DNA from: Selaginella moellendorffii
Lineage: Eukaryota > Plantae > Lycopodiophyta
Assembly: GCF_000143415.4 (NCBI RefSeq)
Contig: NW_003314316.1
Coordinates: 62,001 to 126,000 of the forward strand
Direction of reading: 5' to 3'
Length of the DNA stretch: 64,000 nucleotides
The notes beneath the pieces were generated by a model. It was not told the DNA's origin. It worked only from the letters and a program-made list of their open reading frames with translations, and ran no database searches. Shown one piece after another: positions 21,620 through 32,000 of the stretch; the stretch's first letter is position 1; each line of letters opens with the position of its first letter. Both the position numbers and the translations under genes were made by a program.

Positions 21620-23099
21620 TTGTAATAAGCTGGTGGAGGTGGCTACGTACTTGTAGTAATAGTAAGGTGGTGGTGGGTATTTGTTGTAGTAATGAGGAGG
21701 TGGTGGAGCCTCGTACTTACTCGTACTTGTAATAAGGAGGAGGTGGCAGGACTTGTACTAGGTAGTGGAGACTCGTATTTGGTGGCGGAGACTCATACTT
21801 AGGCAGTGGATACTTACATGGGAGACTCATACTTGTAATAAGGAGGCAGTGGAGATTTAGTAATATGGAGGGGGTGGTGACGATTCATACTTGTATGGTG
21901 GCGGTGGTGGACTCTCATACTTGTATGGTGGCAGCGGTGGTGACTCATACTTGTATGGTGGTGGAGGCGGCGACTCATACTTGTATGATGGCGGCGGTGG
22001 CGACTGATACTTGTATGGGGGCGGTGGTGGCGACTCATACTTGTATGGCGGCGGTGGTGGACTCTCATACTTGTATGGTGGCGGCGGTGGTGACTCATAC
22101 TTGTATGGCGGTGGTGGTGGACTCTCATGGTGGTGACTCATACTTGTATGGTGGCGGAGGCGGCGACTGATACTTGTATGGGGGCGGTGGTGGTGGCTCA
22201 TACTTGTATGGCGGCGGCGGTGGACTCTCATACTTGTATGGTGGCGGCAGTGGTGACTCATACTTGTATGGTGGCGGAGGCGGCGACTCATACTTGTATG
22301 GCGGCGGCGGTGGACTCTCATACTTGTATGGTGGCGGAGGTGGCGACTCATACTTGTATGGGGGCGGTGGTGGCGACTCATACTTGTATGGCGGCGGTGG
22401 TGGACTCTCATACTTGTATGGTGGCGGCGGTGGTGACTGATACTTGTATGGTGGCGGAGGCGGCGACTCATACTTGTATGGCGGTGGCGGTGGACTCTCA
22501 TACTTGTATGGTGGCGGAGGTGGCGACTCATACTTGTATGGGGGCGGTGGTGGCGACTCATACTTGTATGGCGGCGGTGGTGGACTCTCATACTTGTATG
22601 GTGGCGGCGGTGGTGACTGATACTTGTATGGTGGCGGAGGCGGCGACTCATACTTGTATGGCGGTGGCGGTGGACTCTCATACTTGTATGGTGGCGGCGG
22701 TGGTGACTCATACTTGTATGGAGGGGGTGGTGGCGACTCATACTTGTATGGCGGTGGTGGTGGACTCTCATACTTGTATGGTGGCGGAGGCGGCGACTCA
22801 TACTTGTATGGTGGCGATGGTGGCGACTCATACTTGTAAGGAGGCGATTCATACTTGTAGTATGGTGGTGGTGGGGATTTGTAGTAGTAGTATGGTGGTG
22901 GAGGGGAAACATACTTGTAGTATGGCGGTGCAGGGGATTCATACTTGTAATAAGAGGGAGGTGGAGGTGACAAATATTTGTAGTAGGGAGTGAAGTCTGG
23001 CATTGGAGGGAAGGAGAAATCAAATGCCTGAACCTGGCTGCTTTTCAACAGGACAAGAGCAGCAGCCAGCAGGGCCATTGCAAAATGGCAGCTGCCCAT
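21620..23099 (-). CDS. Extensin (signal peptide plus SPPPPPYKYE repeats); frame closes at 22125 after an in-repeat deletion, and degenerate repeats continue to ~21620
   Basis: MGSCHFAMALLAAALVLLKSSQVQA signal peptide; 30-bp repeat array; TGA at 22125-22127; repeats resume in another frame. Confidence 0.9.
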
Positions 23100-23621
23100 C
23101 CTCTACCTATCAAAATCCCTTGGATTTCCTTCTTTCCAATCTATTCAAGCCTTCTTTCCAATCTATTCAAGCCTAGCTCCAAAGCCCTCAAGTTGTCGTT
23201 CCCGTCTCTTCTTTCCCTTTTTCTGCCCTTTTGTGTGCTTGGAGCTCGAGCTTTTAAAGCACTCTTGAGAGAAAAAGAGGAGATCGGGTCAACTGCGAGA
23301 AAAGATCAACACGTCCTAAACCCATATTTACAGGCCGTTTCCTTAGAGATGATATAAGGCTGCACTAAGCACAGTTGAACAAGCCAAAACGTTGGCAGCT
23401 TGTCAACAAAAACACACAAAGAAGACTTCAGCGTTTGCCTGGAAACGTCAATTTTTTTTTGATTCTTAGAAAGAGGAAGGATTCCTTGCTACAGCTTTGG
23501 CTGAATTTTTCTCCAGATCTAACCTTGATATGGCATAGAACACCACAATAAAATCCCATTGACAAACACACCAACACACAAACACTATTTTGTCGCTGAT
23601 GAAACTGATCGCCTTTGAATC

Positions 23622-24446
23622 GGTCTGACTCAAGCTTTGATCATCAGAAGGAACGTGTCTTCTAAAGTCACAGGAAAAAGAAAAAAAAGAGATTAGCCAC
23701 TGATAAGAAAAACGTAAGAGCTCACCTTGATCCCTGCAGGTTTCCACGAGTTAAAAGAAATCACCATGGCTGGGCTTTTGTCCCTGAGAGACATGACCCA
23801 GACAGCCTTTGCTTTGTTGTCGGCCTCCACAACTTTGTATACCTTATGTCCCGCAAACATGAAAGCCTTGTAAGGTTTCCTGTTATCATCCACCTTGACA
23901 TCCACCGTGAGAAGTCTTTCGATCGCCATGCCTTTTTATATCTCTGCGAAGACACAGAAGAAAGAGATCCAACCGGAGATGTATCGCGGCCCCGATCCTC
24001 CTCCCAGGTGGTGACAAATCCCGTTGTTCTCATTCTGTAAAAACTGACACGGACCTCTGGAACAGGATTTGGCATCACCTGGGAGGAGGATCGGGTCCAC
24101 GATACATCTCCAGCTGGATCTCTTTCTTCGACAGCGATGGAAAGTGGCGTGACGATCAACGGAGCTGTGGATGTCGAGTATCCGCTCATTGACGATAGCC
24201 GCATTTCTCCCGGTACCTCACGGTGGATGTCAAGGTGGACAACAATGGGAAACTTACGAGGCTTTCATGTTTACAGGACACATGGGATAAGTCCAGACAT
24301 GGATTCTTTTAGCTCCGTGAAAACCTGCAAGCTTTGGGGTGAGCTTTTACGATTTTTCTCATCAGTGACTGTGGCTAGTCTCTTTCTTTCTTTTCCTTTC
24401 CTCGGCTGCGACTTTGGCTTTTGGTGATCAAAGCTTGAGTCAGGCC
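23622..24446. repeat. Inverted duplication of DUF4419 exon 2 plus 3' flank (arms ~23622-24023 and ~24060-24446)
   Basis: Left arm encodes ..HHLGGGSGPRYISGWISFF..TVDVKVDDN on the minus strand; right arm encodes the same on the plus strand; TGATCAAAGCTTGAGTCAG is mirrored at the outer ends. Confidence 0.85.
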
Positions 24447-24469
24447 CGACGATCATTGCGAGTTTCAGG

Positions 24470-25045
24470 TGTTTGAAAAGCGAGCTTCCTCAGCAGAGAT
24501 GGAAAACTATTCAAGTGGAGGTGTATATGTGGTGTGGAGGCTACGGAACTCCTCCTTGTTTCTTGGAATCGGGAGGCCTCTCCACGAACTGCGCAGATGA
24601 GCATGACGTTACAATTTTCAGCTCGTCCTCTCGGATCGATTTCCTTCATGGCCCGAGAAAGGAAAGTTTACAAAGAAAAAGAGACAAATCCATGTAGCTC
24701 TTGAAAGTGGCCGTGAGAATACGCTCCCAACGATCACATCGTTCGCATAGTCGGTGCTGTGGAGCACCGCCACTGGGACAATGGAGAAAAACCAGATCCT
24801 TCTTGCCCCGTGAACAAAACTCGATTGCAGCTCCTCGGCGCCATTGAAACAATCCAAGCTGGACAGCTATGGATTTGTCTATGGCAGCCATTCGTGTGCG
24901 TCGATGCTGGTGCCCTGCACTTTCTCCTGGAAATTCTTTTAATTCTTCATACCTCCTCCTCTCGTTGAAATGAATCAGGGAGATTTCAAGAGCCTTGACC
25001 TCATAAATTTCATAATATCGAGTCGATGGATCACCTTTGCTCAAT
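24470..25045 (-). pseudogene. Degenerate DUF4419 copy (exon 1 remnants and exon 2 start)
   Basis: IAVQLG..NGAEELQS.FVHG; ALHSTDY; NDVIVGSV; ATFKSY; EIDPR..; multiple frameshifts. Confidence 0.75.
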
Positions 25046-25456
25046 CCTTTTGTCGTCCTTGTAAACTGTTAGTACTGCCACTCCATCTTCGCAGTATCAT
25101 GTCATCTCTTCTCAATCTTTTCAGCAGACAAAATTACCTATTATTGTCAAAGAGGTAAAACGAAGAGAACCAACCGAAAGTGTTTGAACCAAATTTCAAA
25201 AATAAATGAAAGAAGCACAGTCCGTCCTGGCACGGAGTTTTGGATTAAGATTTTAATCGCTATGGAGGGGGATGCAATAATCTCATATGATCTGAATTTC
25301 AGATAAATTTTAGGCAAGCTAAAAGCAGGGCCCATAATCACAAAATGACAAACGCATCTAACTGGATGGGCATGTTCACACAAAAGAACTTACCACAGCA
25401 AAGGAGTACAAGCAACTTAGAGATCAACCAGTCCGGAAAATAACTATATAAAACGT

Positions 25457-25866
25457 CTATAATCGAGGGATCTTGGGCTTCTTGAGTGTGTTCTTGAGAG
25501 TCATGGGCCAGACACTCTTTGGAGCAATCCCTTTCTCATCATCCTGGGCGATCACGTATCCCATATGTCCCGCAAATATGAAAGCCTCATAAGTTCTCCC
25601 ATTGTCGTTCACCTTGACATCCACCGTAAGGTACCCAGGAGCATACTGCTGCCCAAAACACACGGATACTCTCCCACAGTGTCATTGCTCCTGTTCCTGT
25701 AATCGAAGTGGCCGGTCTCACCAGTCCCTGTCCACGTTACCTTTGCTGCTCTCCATGAACTGGGCGGTGATCTTCTTGAGCATGACGTGCCACTTTTTGC
25801 AATTTTCGCCATACTTGTCCAGCTCGTCCACTCTCCGATCGATTTCCTCCCAATCCTTGGTTGTTC
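25457..25866 (-). pseudogene. DUF4419 exon 2, 3' part, separated from its 5' part (36967-37607) by the Gypsy insertion
   Basis: TTKDWEEIDRRVDELDKYGENCKKWHVMLKKIT..; YLTVDVKVNDNGRTYEAFIFAGHMGY; joins ...TLLG(T) at 36967 through TSD TGTTC. Confidence 0.9.
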
Positions 25867-26240
25867 TGAAGAGGTGTGAAAACTCCTCTTCACTGGAAAT
25901 CTATTGTTAGTAAGAAAATAAAAGAGAAAAAGGCCCGATCTCCAAGGGCTGAGAAGAAGCATGAGTAAAAGAATGTTATGTATTGATAAAAAAAATGATG
26001 GAATGGAGATAAAGATCCACAATTTGGATTCCCCCTTTTGAAAGGCTAGCAGTTCTAATTGCTAGCATATACTATATGTTGTGCATGATTTAATCTATGG
26101 CTCCGATGCAACCCTAGGTTCAAAGTTGGAGTCCCCTGAGCCTGGGTTTTTGGTTGATACACTCTGTTCCCCTGATAGAACTAGACACCATCCTCAGTGT
26201 GAACATAGTCAGTCTCCATCACTTGTTGCTGCTGCTCTAG

Positions 26241-28864
26241 TCAATAGAGGTGACATTTTTGCTGTGGGAGTGTAAGCTCGTGGTTGGGGACACTGTCTGG
26301 TGGATCTGTCCCATCTTCTTGGAGGTTGGCTACCTCAGCCAGGAGGGCGGTATGATCATCCTCAAGTTTCCGGTAGTGGGTGTTGAGCTCTTCGTATTTG
26401 AATTTGTAGGTGAATTTGTGAGCTGCTGATGGGGTTGATGGCTGCTTGGAGACGATCTTCCTGATACCGGAGGTCAATGTGGATCTGCTTCATCTCTTCG
26501 AGCTGAGTATCCAGCCGGTGGTTTAAAAGCTCATAGAATTCCTTCTTGATCGCTCCCTAGGTGTATATGAAGGAGTCTTGCTTGAGAAGATGCTGTGCGA
26601 TCTTGGCTGGTGTTGGGAAGTAGTTTGCTTGCTCGCGGTGCATACGTTGATCGAGGGCTTCAAACAACTTGCGGGTGCAGTAGCTTAGGTCGCGAAGTTT
26701 ATCTTTGTACTCCTTCCTAATCTTGTCGTAATCACGGCGTACCTGACTTTGTGGCTGAGTCATGGCTGCTGCTCCTGCTCCTGCTCCGTGATCCTGGTGT
26801 TTCTCGCTAGGGTTCACTGTGTTCTTGATCCGAGAGTTGAAGTTGCTGGAGGCTGAATCTGCTTCGTTGGATGTGGGTGACGTGGTCGGGCCGGATTCTT
26901 TGAGGTGGTTGGAGATGAGCTTTTCAGTTTGATGGTGGATGAACGGCCCAGATGTGGCGCTGAAATTAATTTATCCGTTGGGAAATTTTTCACTTGGAAT
27001 TTTGTTGAAGGGGCGGAATTTTTGTGAATGCTGGTTGTGGTATTTGCTGGAGGAGGCATGGTTGCGTGTTCTTCAAGTGATTGGCGAAGGTAGTCAATGT
27101 TTTCTTTTGTGGAACATGTTGAGGAGGTCGGGGCGTTGAGAATGTTGTTCTCAGCTGGTGGAGAAATTGAGTTCTGGGCGAGTAGTTGACGTTTTCCTTT
27201 GGCGATGTTGATGTGTTTGTGAGAAGTTGTCGGTTTTGGGGCTGATTCGAGTGGATGTGGGCTCTGGGGTGAGTGTGGATGGTGGTGTGAGTTGTCTTCA
27301 TTGTTGCTGATGACGAGGTGTTCTCGGATCAGCGGTTTTGGAGCTGGATTCGCTGGCGTTTTGCGTGTGAGGCGGCGGTGAAGTGGAGTTGAATTGTTGG
27401 AGTGTTTGTTGCTAGAGCTGGTGTTGTTGGAGTGAGTTGAGCCTGATGTAAGCTCCTGAGTTTGGACTTCCCGGGAGGTCACCCAACCCAGTACTATTCA
27501 CACCCAAGGACGCTTAACCCTAAATATCCCAAGACCCTTAACCGTTTGGAAAAGGGGGTGCACTCTTGTTCATAGGCCCTTTCCCTTTATATTTGAATCC
27601 CTATGGATTGTCTCTCGAGTCGTTCCCTTTGGTTATTTACAATCCACCACGCTTCCTTATAAGTTCACGCCCTCGTGAACGGAAGTTGAGAGCCGCAGCT
27701 CTCCCGAGAGCCCCGCTCTCTTGACACCCTACCCCTCGGGTCGAGCCCTTATAAGTTCACGCCCTCGTGAACGGAAGTTGAGAGCCGCAGCTCTCCCGAG
27801 AGCCCCGCTCTCTTGACACCCTACCCCTCGGGTCGAGCCCAGCGGGAGCAAACTGGACCAGCCAGATGTCAATCAACATGTGGTGCGATTCCCCTAGCCA
27901 ACCAACAAAGTCGGACCCGAGACCGCTCCAATACCAAATGTAAGCTCCTGAGTTTGGACTTCCCGGGAGGTCATCCAGCCCAGTACTATTCAAACCCAAG
28001 GACGCTTAACTCCAACTATCCCAAGACCCTTAACCGATTGGAAAAGGGGGTGCACTCTTGTTCATAGGCCCTTTCCCTCTATATTTGAATCCCTATGGAT
28101 CGTCTCTCGAGTCATTCCCTTTAGTTACTTACACCTGATTGTTGAGATGCTGGCTTCGGTTTCTTGCTGGGAGTTGCTCCTTCTGATTCTGAGTGTTCTT
28201 CGGAGCTGTCACTTTGTTCTATGGAGTTCGTTTGGGTTGTCCACAGTTGTTTGTTGGGAAGAGTTTGGTGTAGAGCGATCAGCAGTGGGAATATTACTGT
28301 CCGCATGGTCTTCTTGTTGAGTGTGGCAAGGATGGCATGGTCGAGAAGCTTGAGAAGGAGCTCATGGAGATGATGAGCCACATTCACACATTTGTCGTCG
28401 AGTAGAGCTCCGTAGACTTCTGTTGTGCGCTTGCTGATGGTGCGATCTGTTGGGCGAAGTTCATTGTAGAGGAGGAGGGCTTTGAGGCAATCCATATGCT
28501 GCTCCTCGATGTCCTCCCATGTGAGCTCACTGGTAATTTCTCGATTGGCCTTGATGATTTGCCGTGGAACTTCTCCTGAAAATTTGAGTAGTCCCTTGTT
28601 GGAGATTTTGAAAACGGAGGTGATTCTTGCTGGATTGAGGGTGATCTCGTTGGTGCTGTCGGTTATGGTGCTGTTCTTGGGGTTGAAGGAGGCGGCCAGC
28701 TTCCTCGCCAGTTTTTGGTCTAGGTGTGTTGAAAAGGCGTTGTGGAGGAGCTCAAATCCATGGTCCTTGAGCCAGGTGGTTGTGTTGTTGCTGGGAAGCC
28801 TAGGAATATGGTGTATGACATATCTAAGGCACCGGGGTGGATGAGCTGGCATCTTTCTCTTCAT
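26241..28864 (-). pseudogene. 3' extra ORF of the Gypsy element (Athila env-like/plant transposon protein-like N-terminus, low-complexity linker, coiled-coil tail), interrupted by Cassandra
   Basis: 28864-28134 joins in frame to 27441-26814 once the TRIM and one TSD are removed (452 aa); further helical frames at 26817-26241. Confidence 0.7.
27447..28133 (-). mobile_element. Cassandra-type TRIM (687 bp) nested in the Gypsy element, with a 92-bp internal tandem duplication
   Basis: 195-bp LTRs at 27447-27641 and 27939-28133; TSD CCTGA; PBS TGGTATTGGAGC; 5S-like segment in both LTRs; duplicated unit starts at 27656 and 27748. Confidence 0.95.
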
Positions 28865-29015
28865 TTTCTGCGATTGAAGTGCTCACCCTGTTAGGGTTCT
28901 TGAAACCTGTATGCGGCGCTCGATTGCTGGTGATGAACGGTCGAGATTTGTTGACGGAATTGATGTGGTTTGATTTGGCTTGATTGCAAATCAATGGTGG
29001 ATATTGGTGATAAAG

Positions 29016-32000
29016 TTAACTCAAGTTCAACTGTTGATATTTGCTTAGGTGGCATTGATCCAATGGTAGCTTGGGACTTAAGAGATTTTTGCTGCTGTTT
29101 GTTGCTGAAGTTGGTGGATGAGTTCGTGTTGAGTCAAGTTGAGTTGTGTCAAACTGATTTGAGTTAAATTTTGTCAGCTTGTTGAGGTTGACGATCTTAG
29201 TGAAGTCTTCAGTGAGTGTGCTGACTTTGGCGGTGCCACTGGGGTATAGTTTAATGATTTTGAAAGGTCCTTGCCAGTTGGTGTGGAGTTTTCGACCAAG
29301 TTTGCTAATGGGTCCTCGGTACCAGAGAACATGATCGTTGATGCTGTATTTGGGAATGTTATGCCGGGATGCTTGTCGGTCGTGCCAAGCTTTTCTCTGT
29401 TTTTGGATGGCGTGAAGTGTCCAGAGGGCATTGAGTCGGATTTCGTCGAGATGTTCGAGTTGCTGAAGCCTTTCTCGAACTGCATTTCGGGTGTCAAGAT
29501 TATACTTGACGGTGACTCGCATGCTTGGGACGATGAATTCGATTGGTGTGATGGCTTCTGTTCTGAAGGCGAGTTTGAATGGCATCATGTCGGTGGTGAC
29601 TTTATACACAGTTCTATAGGCCCAAAGTACATCGAGAAGTTTGTTGTCCCAATCTTTGCCGGAATCGTTGATGACTTTTTTGAGGATGGTCTTCAGTGTT
29701 TTGTTCGTTGCTTCTGCTTGACCGTTGCCTTGAGGATAGTATGGTGTTGATGTTTTGTGTCAGATTTTGAACTCGGTGGCGAGATGTTCGATTGTTTCGT
29801 TGATGAAGTGGGTGCCTCTGTCAGTGACGAGTTCAAGTGGTGTGCCGAAATGAGTGATGATATTTTCATAGATGAAGGTTGCTGTTGCTTTCGCTGTGGC
29901 ATGTCGGAGAGGTATTGCTTTGGCCCACTTGGTAGTGTAATTGGTGGCGACAATGATGCACTGATTTCGTCGATAGGTGCTGACTTGGGGTCCGATGAAG
30001 TCGAGTCCCCATTTCTGAAATGGTGCCATTGGGAATGTTGGGTTGAGTTGTTGAGTCTGAGTTTTTGGCAGTAATCGATGTCTTTGATATGTGTCGCAGC
30101 ATTTGCAGAATTCTTCAGTGTCATGCCAGAGTGTCAGCCACCAGAGGCCGGCTTGAAGAATCTTCCAAGTTGTGGTGTCAGCAGCAAAGTGTCCGCTGGA
30201 AAGTCCATTGTGAGCTTCCTTGATGATTTGAGTTGTGCTTGGCGGCTTGATGCATCGGCGAAGAATGTTGTCAATTCCTAGTTTGTAGAGAGTGCCTCCG
30301 ATGACTAAGTATTGTCGGGTTTTAGCAACAAAAGTCTTCTTTTGGTCGGATGTAGTGTACTGATCTGGAATTTTTGCTGAGTTCAGGTAACTGAAGACGT
30401 TGTCAGGTTGCTGGTATTGAAACTCGGAATAGGTTTGAGTCAGGTAAGTCGTTGGTAAGTCTTTCGAGTTTGTCGCCGGTGGTGATCCGACTAAGATAAT
30501 CTGCTTGCTCGTGATTTTTGCCGGGTTTGTGGACAATCTCAAAGTTGTATTCTTGTAGTAAAAGGAACCATCTTGATATTCGACCAGATAGTATCGGCTT
30601 GTTGATGAGGTAAAGGAGTGCCTTGTGGTCGACGAAAATTACAACTTTGGTTGACAGTATGTAGTGTCGGAACTTCTGAAGTGAGTAGATCATGCCGAGA
30701 GCTTCTTTCTTGGTGGTGGTGTAATTTCGTTCAGCTGGGTTGAGTAGTCAGCTGGCGTAGTAGATCGGTTGATCTCGGTTGTCATGTTGAGTTTGGCTCA
30801 GAATTGCACCAGTGGCGACGTCGGAAGTGTCGACATGAATGTGGAACTCTTGTGTCTAGTCGGGCTTGGCAAGGATCGGTGTTGTTGCTTGTTTGAGTTG
30901 GAGATTGTCGAATTCTTGTTGAATTCTTGTTGCTGTTTGGACGTCCATGTCCATTGGGTATCTTGTTTCAGTCCATCGGTGAGTGGTTTGGTGATATGAG
31001 CATACTTGTGAATGAATCGTCGGTGATATCTGACTTTGCCGAGGAAGCGCCGAAGTTCTTTCTGATTCTTCGGCGGTTCGAGTTTGGAGATGACGTCAAC
31101 TTTGTCCTTGTCGACGAGAATGCCGTCATTGCAGATAACGTGGCTGAGAAGTACTCCAGATTTGACAAAGAAAGCTCATTTGTTGGGGTTGAGTGCTATG
31201 TTGTTCTCCTCACACTTGTTGAGGCATTTCTCCAGGCATTCAAGATGTCGATCTTCCAAGCTGAAAATGCTGAGGTCGTCCATAAAGACTCTTATAAAGT
31301 CAGTGAGGTAGTCTCAAAAAGTGTTAGTGACGAGCCTTTGGAAGGTGAATGGGGCGTTGTAGAGTCCAAAAGGCATTCGTCGATAAGCATAGGCTCCCTA
31401 TGGACTGATGAATGCTGTCTTGTGCTGATCTTCTTCGGTGATGTGAATTTGGTTGTAGCCGGAGAAACCATCAAGGAAGGAGTACATCTCGTGTCCGGCG
31501 ACTGCGTCAAGAACTTCGTCGGTAAATGGTATCGGGAAGACATTTTTTTCGGTGGCGTCATTGAGCTGTTTATAGTTGACACAGATTCGAAGTTTGCCAT
31601 TTTTCTTCGGCACAACCACCAGTGGTGAAAGCCATATCGGATTCTGAATCGGGTAGATGTACTCGACTTGGAGAAGCTTGTCGAGTTCTTTCTTTACTTG
31701 TTCCATCAGATTCGGATTCATCCAGTAGGCTGCTTGTCTTCTTGGTTTTGAGTCTAGAAGAAGGGTGATGGTGTGAAGGCTGAGTTTTGGTGAAACTCCC
31801 TTAAGGTCTCGATAACTCCAAGCGAACAAGTGTTTCTTCTTTCGGAGAAGATTGATGGCTTTGTCTCAAAAACTTGCTCTGAGATGTCAGTGGCAAGTAC
31901 AATGTAGTGTTCGTTGCCGTCGTCGGCAAGGCTGACTTTTTTGAGTTTTTGGTCGGCTGGAATTGACGGAATGTAGGCAACTTTGTTGTGGTTGTCCACT

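Noticed and set aside
21860-22860. CRISPR-like regularly spaced repeats, and His/Arg-rich or Gly-rich ORFs
   Set aside because: Contiguous 30-bp coding repeats without unique spacers; the alternative ORFs are shadow frames of the extensin.
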